Of a DNA stretch of 64,000 nt, positions 21,042 through 30,312 are shown in pieces. Position 1 is the first letter of the stretch. Every line of letters begins with the position of its first letter. A program made the position numbers and the translations under genes. Origin of the DNA: an uncultured Desulfobacterales bacterium (GTDB lineage Bacteria > Desulfobacterota > Desulfobacteria > Desulfobacterales > C00003060); contig CAYSGJ010000178.1 of NCBI GenBank assembly GCA_964430705.1, forward strand, positions 2,022 to 66,021, written 5' to 3'. The notes beneath the pieces were generated by a model, which saw only the letters and a list, made by a program, of their open reading frames with translations, was not told where the DNA came from and made no database searches.

Positions 21042-21294
21042 AGTAATCCTCTCGTCTCATAACCAGGGGCCGCAGGATGTATTTTGCTACGACAACAAGA
21101 ACCACGCAGGCCACGAATCCGTACACACAATAGAACTCGGGCCACTCTTCCCAGGGAAAATGGGCATGCTTATGAACAAACACTTCTATGATTAAAAGGA
21201 CAACCAACGACGAAAAAAAGATCCCGAGAAGCCTGGTTACATTTTTGGGGTTGTCAAAAAGATATTCTTTTTCGTCTGTAGGTTTTGCGTGCAT
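21034..21294 (-). CDS. small two-TM membrane protein
   Basis: 86 aa with two hydrophobic helices. 8-nt overlap with the downstream antiporter-like gene suggests translational coupling. Confidence 0.45.
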   Translation of the reverse strand: MHAKPTDEKEYLFDNPKNVTRLLGIFFSSLVVLLIIEVFVHKHAHFPWEEWPEFYCVYGFVACVVLVVVAKYILRPLVMRREDYYD

Positions 21295-21317
21295 GTCAAG
21301 TCCTTTCCCCCTAAGAT

Positions 21318-21461
21318 CTAGAGGGTCTTCAAAAGAATCAGGCCAAGATACAAACAGCCGATGGTAATGGCTATGAAAAATACGGCCCTATAGGGCGGAA
21401 CAGGGTCATGGCCAAGCACCATCTTGCCCTCTATCTCATCGCTTCTGTCGTTGCTCATCAT
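21318..21461 (-). CDS. very small single-TM protein (47 aa)
   Basis: Internal ATG begins 3 nt after the upstream gene's stop. C-terminal TM VFFIAITIGCLYLGLILL. The longer ORF version overlaps the upstream CDS. Confidence 0.35.
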   Translation of the reverse strand: MMSNDRSDEIEGKMVLGHDPVPPYRAVFFIAITIGCLYLGLILLKTL

Positions 21462-21463
21462 GC

Positions 21464-22945
21464 TTACGTCCCCGTTATGTTGCTCACGACCATACTGGCC
21501 AATTCGAGAAAAGGTTCCGGATAAAAGAGCATTATCATGGAAATCAGGGCGGTAATCACCAGGGGCACCACGCAAAATACAGGCGCCTCTTTCACCGTGT
21601 TTTCAAACATGGCCTCTTTCGGCGTACAAAAGAAAGCCTTGTAGACAAAAGGCATGAAATAGGCTGCATTGAGCAAAGAGCTGGCGAGCAATACAAATAG
21701 AATAGGCATCTGGTCGGCCTGAAGGGAGCCCAGCACAAGATACCACTTACTCAAAAACCCCCCGCACGGGGGCATGCCGATAATACTCAATGCGGCGATA
21801 AAAAAAGCCGTCAGCGTCACGGGCATTCTCCTGCCGATCCCGACCATCTCGCTGATGTTCTTTTTTCCGGTAGCCACAAAGATTGCACCGGCGCAGAAAA
21901 AGAGCGTGATCTTGCCGAAGGCGTGCATGGCAATGTGCATCATGCCGCCGGTCATGCCTTTGGGCGAAAGCAACCCGACACCCAACACAATGTAGGAAAG
22001 CTGGGCAATGGTGGAAAAAGCAAGGAGTCGCTTCAGGTTGTCCTGAGAAAGGGCAATGAAAGACCCAACCAAAATGGTCACGGATGCCACATAAACGATG
22101 GGAACACCCAGGTTCAGAGAAGACAACAGGTCCGTCCCAAACACCCCGGTCAGAACGCGAACAATACTGAACACCCCCACCTTGACAACAGCCACGGCAT
22201 GCAGCAATGCGCTCACCGGGGTAGGCGCCACCATGGCTGCCGGAAGCCACGAGTGAAACGGCATGATTCCGGCTTTGGCAAACCCAAAAATGAACATGAA
22301 CAAAAGCAGCCCGATCAAGCCCTTAGAAGCCCCGGCTCCGGCTAGAAATCCCTGCTTGCCGAATTCAAGGGTTCCGGTCAAACTGTATGATATCAGCATG
22401 GCCGGCAACAAGAGCCCGATAGAGGTTCCCACAATGTAGAGCAAATATTTTCGCCCCGAGCTTCGCGCTTCATGGTCCTGATGGTGCGTGACCAGAGGAT
22501 ACGTGGCAAAGGAAAGCATCTCATAAAACAGATACAAGGTCAGGAGGTTTCCTGAAAAGGCCACGCCGATGGTGGCGGAAAGAGCAAAGGCAAAGAAACA
22601 AAAATAGCGGGTCTGGCTGTGCTCGTCCAGGCCTCGCATATAGCCTATGGAATAGGCCGAGGTAATAATCCACAAGGATGAGGCTACCAGGGCAAAGATC
22701 ATTCCCAGGGCGTCGACCCGGAACTTGATGGCCACCCCCGGTATAACCTCGGCCACCGTATAGACGATTTCCGTTCCCTGTAAAACGAGCGGTACCATGG
22801 AGGCCACAATGAGGAACTTTGCAACCGCGGCCACAAAGGTCCATGTCTCGCGAACATTGGGGGCCCGGCTGGACACCAGCATGGGGGTGACCAAAAGAGA
22901 TGCCAATACCGCCAACAAAGGCTTAATTGATGTGATCGTTTCCAT
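21464..22945 (-). CDS. MrpD/NuoM/N-family antiporter-like subunit
   Basis: 493 aa with ~14 TM segments and proton-conducting transporter family motifs. Confidence 0.85.
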   Translation of the reverse strand: METITSIKPLLAVLASLLVTPMLVSSRAPNVRETWTFVAAVAKFLIVASMVPLVLQGTEIVYTVAEVIPGVAIKFRVDALGMIFALVASSLWIITSAYSIGYMRGLDEHSQTRYFCFFAFALSATIGVAFSGNLLTLYLFYEMLSFATYPLVTHHQDHEARSSGRKYLLYIVGTSIGLLLPAMLISYSLTGTLEFGKQGFLAGAGASKGLIGLLLFMFIFGFAKAGIMPFHSWLPAAMVAPTPVSALLHAVAVVKVGVFSIVRVLTGVFGTDLLSSLNLGVPIVYVASVTILVGSFIALSQDNLKRLLAFSTIAQLSYIVLGVGLLSPKGMTGGMMHIAMHAFGKITLFFCAGAIFVATGKKNISEMVGIGRRMPVTLTAFFIAALSIIGMPPCGGFLSKWYLVLGSLQADQMPILFVLLASSLLNAAYFMPFVYKAFFCTPKEAMFENTVKEAPVFCVVPLVITALISMIMLFYPEPFLELASMVVSNITGT

Positions 22946-22966
22946 AGATACCCTATTCCATCTTTG

Positions 22967-24475
22967 TCAAACCAGGCCCTTTGGTATAGCGAAATGGACA
23001 ATGTGCTCTACGATGTCGCCGGTATACAAACCAACCACGACCAAGCCCGCAGCCACGATTAACAGCGGAACCAGCATGCTCAGGGGCGCTTCATCCATAG
23101 GCGCGGGGGGTTTAGAATGATGATCATGTCCATGCCCGTGGTGATCGGCAAAAGGTTCGTAGTAACCGATCTCGATGATCCTGAAGAACAAAACCACGCA
23201 AACCAGACTGCTGAAGATCAGGGCAACCATAAAACCGTAATGTCCGGCCTGGATGGCCCCGGTGATCAGATACCATTTACTGAAAAAACCACAGGTGGGA
23301 GGAACCCCGATGATGGACATGGCCGCAAGGACAAAGGCTCCCATGGTAAAAGGCATTTTTCTGAACAACCCCTTGAGGTCCTCAAAGTCTGCACCTTTTG
23401 TTTTATAAACAATACAGCCCACGGCAAGAAACGCACATAGCGTCATGATGGCATCGTTTGCAATGTGGAGGATGGCGCCGGTCATTCCGGCACGGTTTCC
23501 CAGCCAGGCCCCGCCAACCATGTAACCCACTTCTGCGATAATGATATAGGTCAGCATCTTTTTCAGATTTCGCTCTGCCAATGCCATGATGGCGCCTATA
23601 AATATGGCAAGCACGGCAAGCCAGACCACGGCCTCGCTCACCGCAATGGCTTCAAACGCGAACGCCGGGGTGAAGACCGTCAATATCAGGCGGATCATCA
23701 CGTATATCATGACCTTGGTGACGAGGGGGGCGATCAAGCTGCTTGCTGCCGAAGGCGCATAGGTGTAAGCATTGGGCAACCAGGCGTGAAGCGGGAAAAA
23801 CGCCATCTTAAGCCACACGCCCACCATGCAAATGAGAAAAGCCGCGAAAACAGCCTTCGACTGATACAGATCGGGGAGGAGCCTCGCAATATCTGCCATA
23901 TTCAATGAGCCTGTGACGATGTACAGGTATCCCACCCCCAGAAGATAAAAACACGCGCCGATGGTGCCCATGTACAAATAGTTGAGGGTTGCAAGCGCCG
24001 CCCGGTCTTTGTGCCCCATGGCGAGCATGCCGTAGCCGGTTAATGCGGCAACCTCGAGCAACACGTAGAGATTGAAGGCGTCCCCCGTAGCCGAGATACC
24101 CAAAAGGCCGGTGACCATGAGCACATACAGGGTGTAAAAGGATCCCGCTTTTTCTGAAAACTCTTCTTCGATGCTCCTCTTGCCGGCCACAAGATTCACC
24201 AGGGCCACGATGGATACCACGGCCAGCACCAAAGCGTTCAAGTGGTCCACGTAATAGGCGATACCCCACGGGGGAGGCCATCCGCCTAAACGGTAGACGA
24301 TAACCCCATGATCCACGACTTGCCGCAGCAAGCCGATAGAACAGTAGGCGGACACGCTCAGCGCGGCCACCGCAATGGGAAAACACAGCCTTCTATTGGC
24401 CCAGCCGGCAGCACTGATAACAAGGGCCGACAAGAGCGGAACAACAATGAGGAGTGCAGGGTATTGTTGGCTCAT
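22967..24475 (-). CDS. MrpD/NuoM/N-family antiporter-like subunit
   Basis: 502 aa, a paralogue of the previous gene, with a His-rich loop near the C-terminus (DHHGHGHDHH). Confidence 0.85.
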   Translation of the reverse strand: MSQQYPALLIVVPLLSALVISAAGWANRRLCFPIAVAALSVSAYCSIGLLRQVVDHGVIVYRLGGWPPPWGIAYYVDHLNALVLAVVSIVALVNLVAGKRSIEEEFSEKAGSFYTLYVLMVTGLLGISATGDAFNLYVLLEVAALTGYGMLAMGHKDRAALATLNYLYMGTIGACFYLLGVGYLYIVTGSLNMADIARLLPDLYQSKAVFAAFLICMVGVWLKMAFFPLHAWLPNAYTYAPSAASSLIAPLVTKVMIYVMIRLILTVFTPAFAFEAIAVSEAVVWLAVLAIFIGAIMALAERNLKKMLTYIIIAEVGYMVGGAWLGNRAGMTGAILHIANDAIMTLCAFLAVGCIVYKTKGADFEDLKGLFRKMPFTMGAFVLAAMSIIGVPPTCGFFSKWYLITGAIQAGHYGFMVALIFSSLVCVVLFFRIIEIGYYEPFADHHGHGHDHHSKPPAPMDEAPLSMLVPLLIVAAGLVVVGLYTGDIVEHIVHFAIPKGLV

Positions 24476-24879
24476 TTTTTCCTTAATTTGGCTAGGATTT
24501 CGTCTTCTTCCAACGTCCCGAATCGCCTGTAGACCTTAATGGCCAATGCAAGGGCCACCCCCAGAGTGGCCACCCCCACCACGATGGCGGTAAGCATCAA
24601 CACATGGGGCAAGGGATTCATATAGTCCACGGCATGAAAGGCATGAGCAACCGTTCCGTGGGCATCGCCGTGGGCGTGCTCCAGGATAGGAATGGTGGCC
24701 CCTCTTTTTGCGCCGATAGACACATAAAACAAGATGATGGCCGTCTGAAAGATATTGACGCCAATAATCTTTTTTACCAGATTGTTTTTGGCGATAATGG
24801 CCCACAGGCCGATCATCATCAATGTGATGTAGATCCAGTAATTGTACTTGGCAACCACGGCCTGAATGAAATCTTCCAT
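24472..24879 (-). CDS. MrpC/MnhC (NuoK-like) subunit
   Basis: 135 aa with 3 TM segments. 4-nt overlap with the downstream D-like gene. Confidence 0.85.
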   Translation of the reverse strand: MEDFIQAVVAKYNYWIYITLMMIGLWAIIAKNNLVKKIIGVNIFQTAIILFYVSIGAKRGATIPILEHAHGDAHGTVAHAFHAVDYMNPLPHVLMLTAIVVGVATLGVALALAIKVYRRFGTLEEDEILAKLRKK

Positions 24880-24882
24880 AGT

Positions 24883-25707
24883 CTAGAGCCCTTCGTCGTA
24901 TCTGCCCCGCGATGCGACAACGTTGTAAATCCAAATCATGGCGGTCAAGACGGCCACCCCCACCCCGATCTCTACAAGGAGAATGCCGTGAGACCTGGCG
25001 GTTATGGGATCCACATGGAGGATCGATGCCAGGGCGGCGTAGTCGAGAAAGTTGAGCCCCAAAAGCAGACACAAGGCCCCCGTGCCTGCAAAGATGAGAA
25101 CGCCGACCGCACAAAGAACGCCCACGGTTTTTTCCGCTATCCTGCCCACCGCCGTTCTCAAATCATTGGAAATGGCAAAAAGAATAATGCTTGCACCAAA
25201 AATCACCCCTCCCTGAAATCCGCCGCCGGGGCTGTGATGTCCGTGGGCAATCACGTAAAGGGCAAACAGTTGTATGAACGGAACAAGCAATCGACAAATG
25301 GTCTTGATGATCAAATCATGCGGCGTCCAGGAGGCATCGATCCTTTCGAAGTCGTCCGACGAGGGAATCTTGCCCTCTTTCAGTCGGATAGTCACACCGG
25401 TCAGGACGTGACGGTACAGCCTTTCACCCGGATCCTCCCTTAAGGAGACGCGCAACAGGAAAAAGCAGACCACGGCGGCGGAAAAGATCACCGCCGTCTC
25501 GAACATGGTGTCAAATCCCCGATAGTCTCCAAGCACCGCAGTCACAATATTGGGAACGGACGTTTCCTCCAAAGTCTTTTCGATATAGCGTGGGGATAGA
25601 TAGGTACTGGCAGGCGAAGCCGGGTCCGCCCACCCGGGAAAATCAGCGGCGGCATAGACAAGAAGGGCCCCTGTGATAGCCGCTATGATCAAACCTATGA
25701 TTTTCAA
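24883..25707 (-). CDS. MrpB/MnhB-type subunit (MbhE+MbhF-like)
   Basis: TTG start (LKIIGLII...) preceded by AGGAGG and overlapping the upstream stop. MnhB-like motif LGDYRGFDT. Confidence 0.75.
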   Translation of the reverse strand: MKIIGLIIAAITGALLVYAAADFPGWADPASPASTYLSPRYIEKTLEETSVPNIVTAVLGDYRGFDTMFETAVIFSAAVVCFFLLRVSLREDPGERLYRHVLTGVTIRLKEGKIPSSDDFERIDASWTPHDLIIKTICRLLVPFIQLFALYVIAHGHHSPGGGFQGGVIFGASIILFAISNDLRTAVGRIAEKTVGVLCAVGVLIFAGTGALCLLLGLNFLDYAALASILHVDPITARSHGILLVEIGVGVAVLTAMIWIYNVVASRGRYDEGL

Positions 25708-25949
25708 TCTTTGGTCCTCCTTGTGGTACGAAACACCGCGCCGACGAAAAAGACCGTGCTTACGCCCGCTCCCACAGAGGCTTCGGTGAAAGCCACGTCC
25801 ACCGCGCCCATAATAGTCCACAGCAAGCACATCATGAAACTGTAGGCCCCAAACAGGATGGCGGCCCCCAATAAATCCTTGACCATGAGAGCGCCGATGC
25901 CACACACGACGACCAGCGTCAGAATGGCCAAATCGAGCTGCCAGACCAT
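25704..25949 (-). CDS. small MrpA-C-terminal/MbhD-like (DUF4040-type) membrane subunit
   Basis: 81 aa from the internal ATG (MVWQLDLAIL...) preceded by GGAGG. 3 TM segments. Confidence 0.6.
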   Translation of the reverse strand: MVWQLDLAILTLVVVCGIGALMVKDLLGAAILFGAYSFMMCLLWTIMGAVDVAFTEASVGAGVSTVFFVGAVFRTTRRTKD

Positions 25950-25953
25950 GAAA

Positions 25954-26277
25954 CTACCTCCTTTCGTCTCCCTTGACCCAGGGTTCCAGGCCCGCCCGGA
26001 CCCCGGCGTCCACAATGGCATGGGTGGCTGTCGGGCTGGAGAGAAAAACGAAAACCGAAATCATAAGGATCTTAACGCTCGTCAGCAATGCCAAGAGGGA
26101 AAAATGGTGGAGATTAAAAAGGGCCAGGCCCAACAAGGCCAATAACGAGCCTACCGTATCCAGCTTACCGGCCGGATGGAGCCTCGAATAAAAGTCGGGC
26201 ATCCGCAATATCCCGACAGCACCACCGGTAAAGAAAAATAGGCCCCCAACAACCAGCAATACCACGATGATATCCAT
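25954..26277 (-). CDS. MrpG/MnhG subunit
   Basis: MnhG signature GILRMPDFYSRLH..GK. Confidence 0.85.
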   Translation of the reverse strand: MDIIVVLLVVGGLFFFTGGAVGILRMPDFYSRLHPAGKLDTVGSLLALLGLALFNLHHFSLLALLTSVKILMISVFVFLSSPTATHAIVDAGVRAGLEPWVKGDERR

Positions 26278-26332
26278 AGTGTCCTATCTCCTGAATGCGG
26301 CTTTTTCTCGGTGAGCAATAACCGAATCCCAA

Positions 26333-26614
26333 TCACGTACTTTCATCAAACAGCCCTTTGCGCTTCTGAAAATACCTCGACGCCGCCAATACGGCGATGA
26401 AGTTCAGCATGGCATAGGCCAGGGCGATGTCCACGAACATTTCCACCCGTTGGTAGATAAGGCCGATAAGGATGAGCAGTACGGCCGTTTTGCTTCCAAT
26501 GGCATTCACCCCGATCATCCGGTCCACCACCGTCGGCCCGAAGAGGCCTCGATACAACGAAAGAACCATGAGAAAAGCCAAATATAGCCCTGTGTACAAA
26601 AAAAACGTATCCAT
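26333..26614 (-). CDS. MrpF/MnhF subunit
   Basis: 93 aa with 3 TM segments and the motif GPT..DR....A. Confidence 0.85.
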   Translation of the reverse strand: MDTFFLYTGLYLAFLMVLSLYRGLFGPTVVDRMIGVNAIGSKTAVLLILIGLIYQRVEMFVDIALAYAMLNFIAVLAASRYFQKRKGLFDEST

Positions 26615-27186
26615 TAGTCCTCACTAAATGTTCTGGAAACCCTTGCCTCCATTTCGCCGGGCAAAGGATCACCGGAAACCTTATCAATGGCGTGCACCTT
26701 GAAATCACCGTCTACCGTCACATACACCGTAATGGTCCCGGGGGTGAGCGTCATGGAGTTGGCAAAGGTCACCAGGGACAACTCGCTTTTTAATGAGCTT
26801 CGAAATTTGATGATCCTGGGGTCAATCAGGTCCATCATTCTGGGATGAAACACCAGATAGGTCACGTGAAGACTTGCCTTGCCTATCTGGACAAGCAGCC
26901 ACGGCAGGTATAAGACAAAGCGAACCCACTGACCCAAAAGCCCTTTTGGCTTGGCGGGAAACAAAAGGTCGCCGGAAAGATACGCAACGATCGCACAGGA
27001 AATGACCCCGAGGCTCAGATGAAAAGCATCAAACTGTCCCGAAAGCAAAACCCAAACGCCTGCCATGATGATAAAGGTCATGATAAAGGGAAAGAAATGG
27101 AAGGTATTGCGTCGAGCGCTCTTAGAATCCGAACGGTTTTTACCGGAAGTAACGGCGGCCGAATCTTTTCGCATTGCATGACCCAC
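26614..27186 (-). CDS. MrpE/MnhE subunit
   Basis: GTG start 6 nt after GGAGGAGG. MnhE motifs WVLLSG and LTPGTI..V. Confidence 0.8.
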   Translation of the reverse strand: MGHAMRKDSAAVTSGKNRSDSKSARRNTFHFFPFIMTFIIMAGVWVLLSGQFDAFHLSLGVISCAIVAYLSGDLLFPAKPKGLLGQWVRFVLYLPWLLVQIGKASLHVTYLVFHPRMMDLIDPRIIKFRSSLKSELSLVTFANSMTLTPGTITVYVTVDGDFKVHAIDKVSGDPLPGEMEARVSRTFSED

Positions 27187-27265
27187 GTATTGCCTCCTCC
27201 TTGCAACGAAGAACCTTGCATTATTACCGGGGCGGTTCGAAGTCCGTAAATGTCATCAGCAAACG

Positions 27266-27281
27266 AGCAAGGCATGTGCCA
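27266..27281 (-). promoter_or_regulatory. sigma54 (-24/-12) promoter for the Mrp-like operon
   Basis: The minus strand reads CTTGGCACATGCCTTGCT, an exact match to TGGCAC-N5-TTGCT, ~80 nt upstream of the mrpE-like start. Confidence 0.7.
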
Positions 27282-27367
27282 AGCTGTATACCTCGCATCG
27301 CAGACTCAATAACATATTGGTTTCATAATATTTTACGAGATGTGCCGCGCAAGCGCCCACGAAACAT

Positions 27368-27389
27368 TATCGGCATTTTTTTGCCGATA
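27368..27389. promoter_or_regulatory. perfect palindrome, candidate activator-binding site (UAS)
   Basis: TATCGGCA-TTTTTT-TGCCGATA, ~90-110 nt upstream of the sigma54 promoter, in the divergent intergenic region next to the activator gene. Confidence 0.45.
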
Positions 27390-27531
27390 CATAGGCGCTT
27401 TTAGTAAAATTGACATGTTTTTGCCGGTTTGCTATCCTGTTCGCCATTGCCGGGTCGGATTGCCGAATCTTGTTTGTGATTTTCGATGCCCGGGTGTTTT
27501 ATGGGTCTGGAAAAGCGGAAGGAGTATCTCC

Positions 27532-28614
27532 ATGAGCCCCAATCGTGTTGCTTTGCACGGCCACATCGAGCCGGATTTATTCCCGGAGTTTGTAGTGGTT
27601 AGCCAACACATGCGTGCTGTTATGAAAACGGTGCACCAAGTCGCACGGTTCGACGCCAATGTATTGATCCATGGAGAGTCGGGAACAGGCAAGGAGCTGC
27701 TGGCACGCATCATGCACCAAAAAAGCAATCGCAAGGACAAGCCGTTTGTCCCTGTAAATTGCGGCACCCTGTCGGGGGAGCTTTTTGAAAGCAAGCTTTT
27801 TGGCCATGAAGTCGGAGCTTTTACCGGGGCCACTAGAAAAACCAAGGGCCGTTTTGAACAGGCCAACCATGGAACCTTGTTTCTCGATGAGGTTTCAGAG
27901 GTTTCGCAACGAAACCAGGTCAATTTTCTTCGGGTCTTGGAAGATGGGTGTTTCCGCAGAATCGGGGGTGAGGTTTCCACCAAGGTGGATGTACGCATCA
28001 TTGCGGCCACCAACAAGGACCTTGCCGCAGAGGTACAGGCCCATCGCTTTCGGCAAGATCTCTACTATCGTCTTCAGGTCATCCCCATCAATCTGCTACC
28101 ACTGAGGAAGCGCAGGGAGGCCATTCCGCATCTGGTAGATTATTTTTTGAAACGCTTTTCAACCATTTATCAGAGCCCAAGACTCTCGGTGGAACCGGAA
28201 GCCCTTCGATATCTGGTCTCTTGCGACTGGCCGGGCAATATCAGAGAGCTGAAAAATCTCATGGAAAGATTGGCCTTGACGGTTCGGGGACCGGTGATTT
28301 CCAAAGAAGATTTTCCGGAAGATTTTGTTTTCACGCATTCAGGCGAGGTATCGCGGACGGAGCCTGCAGCGCCGGAAACAGCCACTGCAATGAGCAACCG
28401 TGTCGTCGCCGGCGGCATCGAACCGCTCCGAAAAGCCCGAAAGCGGGTTGAAAAAACGCTGATATTGCGGGCGCTGGAAACCACGGGCGGCCGGAGAGCA
28501 AAGGCGGCGGAACTGCTTGACATAAAAGCCAGAACGTTGCGACAGAAAATGAGCGACTACGGTATCGTGTTCCCGAGAACACGGAAGAAGAAAGGGAAAA
28601 AAACGTCGTTTTAG
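27532..28614 (+). CDS. sigma54-dependent transcriptional activator, AAA+ and Fis-type HTH only (no sensory/receiver domain)
   Basis: ATG at 27532 follows GGAAGGAG. Walker A GESGTGKE, GAFTGA loop, Walker B LFLDE and a C-terminal HTH are present. The AAA+ core begins ~20 aa after the start. Confidence 0.92.
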   Translation: MSPNRVALHGHIEPDLFPEFVVVSQHMRAVMKTVHQVARFDANVLIHGESGTGKELLARIMHQKSNRKDKPFVPVNCGTLSGELFESKLFGHEVGAFTGATRKTKGRFEQANHGTLFLDEVSEVSQRNQVNFLRVLEDGCFRRIGGEVSTKVDVRIIAATNKDLAAEVQAHRFRQDLYYRLQVIPINLLPLRKRREAIPHLVDYFLKRFSTIYQSPRLSVEPEALRYLVSCDWPGNIRELKNLMERLALTVRGPVISKEDFPEDFVFTHSGEVSRTEPAAPETATAMSNRVVAGGIEPLRKARKRVEKTLILRALETTGGRRAKAAELLDIKARTLRQKMSDYGIVFPRTRKKKGKKTSF

Positions 28615-28681
28615 TGCACTGCTGCGCAACGGCTGTCATGGATATGGGCAATAAAAAATGCACCGGCCAGAAGGAGACACG

Positions 28682-29110
28682 ATGAAGCCCCGGCTTTTAC
28701 TCGTGGATGACGAAGAGATGTATGTTGAGTATCTCTCGAAGCGATTGATAAACCGTGGCTACGATGTGACCAAGTGCCTGACCGGAGAGGAAGCACTCAG
28801 GAAAATTCGGGACGGGGATTTTGACGTCATCATCCTTGATGTGCTGTTGCCGGGCATTGACGGCATCGAAACGCTCCGGGAAATCAACAAATACAAACCG
28901 CTTTGCGAAGTGATCATGCTGACCGGTCATGCCTCGTTGGAGTCCGGCATTGAGGGGATGAAATTGGGGGCTTTCGATTATTTGAGAAAACCTTGCGATA
29001 CGGAGGAGTTGGTAGCAAAAATCGACCAAGCCTATCATAAGAAGTTGGACCAAGAAGAACGGATTCGCGACACCAAGCGGCGTTACCAAGGCAAGGAAGG
29101 CAGTCAATAA
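28682..29110 (+). CDS. stand-alone NtrC-type receiver domain protein
   Basis: LLLVDDEE, IILDVLLPGIDG, LTGHAS...GAFDYLRKP. Lies 68 nt downstream of the activator gene. Confidence 0.9.
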   Translation: MKPRLLLVDDEEMYVEYLSKRLINRGYDVTKCLTGEEALRKIRDGDFDVIILDVLLPGIDGIETLREINKYKPLCEVIMLTGHASLESGIEGMKLGAFDYLRKPCDTEELVAKIDQAYHKKLDQEERIRDTKRRYQGKEGSQ

Positions 29111-29157
29111 AAAAGGCGCGTAGATGAAAACCGTTGCGCTAGGAAGCTGGGCGCCTT

Positions 29158-30312
29158 CTAGCCGATGGGTATGCGGATAGTAAACGTGGATCCCGTTCCG
29201 ACGGTACTTTCAAAGGTGATCGCGCCGCCAAGCCGCTGAATAATATTCTGACAGATCGACAGACCCAGGCCTGTGCCCCTGCCGGGAGGCTTGGTGGTAT
29301 AGAAAAGGCGGAACATCTTTTCTTGTGCCTCTTCCGGAATGCCGACGCCGTTGTCTTGAATATCCACCCGGACATCCGGACCCACCTTTTTTGTGCGCAT
29401 CCCAATCTTTCCGTCTTGGTCGCCCTTGTCCAAAACAGCATGAATGGCATTGGTAACGACATTGACAAAAACCTGTTGCAACAATCGGGGATCGGAGTTC
29501 ACCACAAGCGGATCTTCGGCAAGCTGAAAATCCACAGTGATGGGACTATGTTTTAATTCCGGACTGAGCAGATCAACCGTTTCCCGGAGAACCTCGTTGA
29601 CGTCGAATTCCGTTTTTGTCGGGTCGGTTTGCCTTGTAAAGTCAAGTAGTTTATGGGTGATATGGCGACCACGCCTGGTCTGCGCCGCGATTTTGCTCAG
29701 GGTATCTGAAAGTTCTTGGCGGTCCTCCGGGGCCAGCCCCTGCGCGTCGGAAACAACCTCCTGCGCCCATCCGGACGCCTCGCTGATCACAGCCAAAGGA
29801 TTGTTGATTTCGTGGGCCACCCCGGCAGCAATGCGACCGATCTCGGCGAGCCTGTCCACCTGAACCAGATCATCCTGAAGTTTTTTCCATTGGGTGATGT
29901 CGTTGCAAACACCCACGGTACCGACAATCTTGCCCGCCCTGTTGGTTAGGCTCATCAAAGAAGCATGGCAGTGGACCGTATGTCCCTCTTTGTGTCGAAA
30001 GTGGAAGTCCAGCGTCAGGGCGCAGCCATCAACCTGACAACCTTTTATCACGTGTTCAAACGCATTGGGATCTTCAGCGAAATCACTAATAGACCGGCCT
30101 ATGACCTCGCCCAGCGAATAGCCCAGGACCTTCTCAGCCCCGGCGCTGAAAGATATCACAATCCCTGTCACGTCTGTGGCAAAGATCATGTCCGTAGAGT
30201 TCTGTAAAATGCAATGAAGGTAACCCCTGGTTTGATGCAGCTCTATCTTATAGCTTTCCAGCTCTCGGGTTACCTTCTTGAGTTCGGATGCTACAGCATT
30301 ATTCGATTCCAT
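29158..30312 (-). CDS. PAS-domain sensor histidine kinase
   Basis: PAS block (NSTDMIFATDVTGIVISFS), H-box VAHEINNPL, and G-boxes DNGVGI and GRGTGLGLSICQ. The start is trimmed to MESNN. Confidence 0.9.
   Translation of the reverse strand: MESNNAVASELKKVTRELESYKIELHQTRGYLHCILQNSTDMIFATDVTGIVISFSAGAEKVLGYSLGEVIGRSISDFAEDPNAFEHVIKGCQVDGCALTLDFHFRHKEGHTVHCHASLMSLTNRAGKIVGTVGVCNDITQWKKLQDDLVQVDRLAEIGRIAAGVAHEINNPLAVISEASGWAQEVVSDAQGLAPEDRQELSDTLSKIAAQTRRGRHITHKLLDFTRQTDPTKTEFDVNEVLRETVDLLSPELKHSPITVDFQLAEDPLVVNSDPRLLQQVFVNVVTNAIHAVLDKGDQDGKIGMRTKKVGPDVRVDIQDNGVGIPEEAQEKMFRLFYTTKPPGRGTGLGLSICQNIIQRLGGAITFESTVGTGSTFTIRIPIG

Noticed and set aside
24883-26021. Long overlapping ORF versions (24883..25905 and 25704..26021) in the Mrp cluster
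   Set aside because: The N-terminal extensions are Arg/Gly-rich and overlap upstream genes. Internal starts with strong RBSs (TTG 25707, ATG 25949) give non-overlapping membrane proteins consistent with MrpB and MbhD-like subunits.
27225-27240. GGTTCGAAGTCC, a tRNA T-loop-like string
   Set aside because: No complementary acceptor stem, D-arm or anticodon arm can be drawn around it. It lies in the Mrp leader/promoter region.
27697-27712. TGGCAC-GCATC-ATGC sigma54-like match
   Set aside because: It lies inside the activator CDS, points into coding sequence and has an imperfect -12 element. It is probably a chance match.
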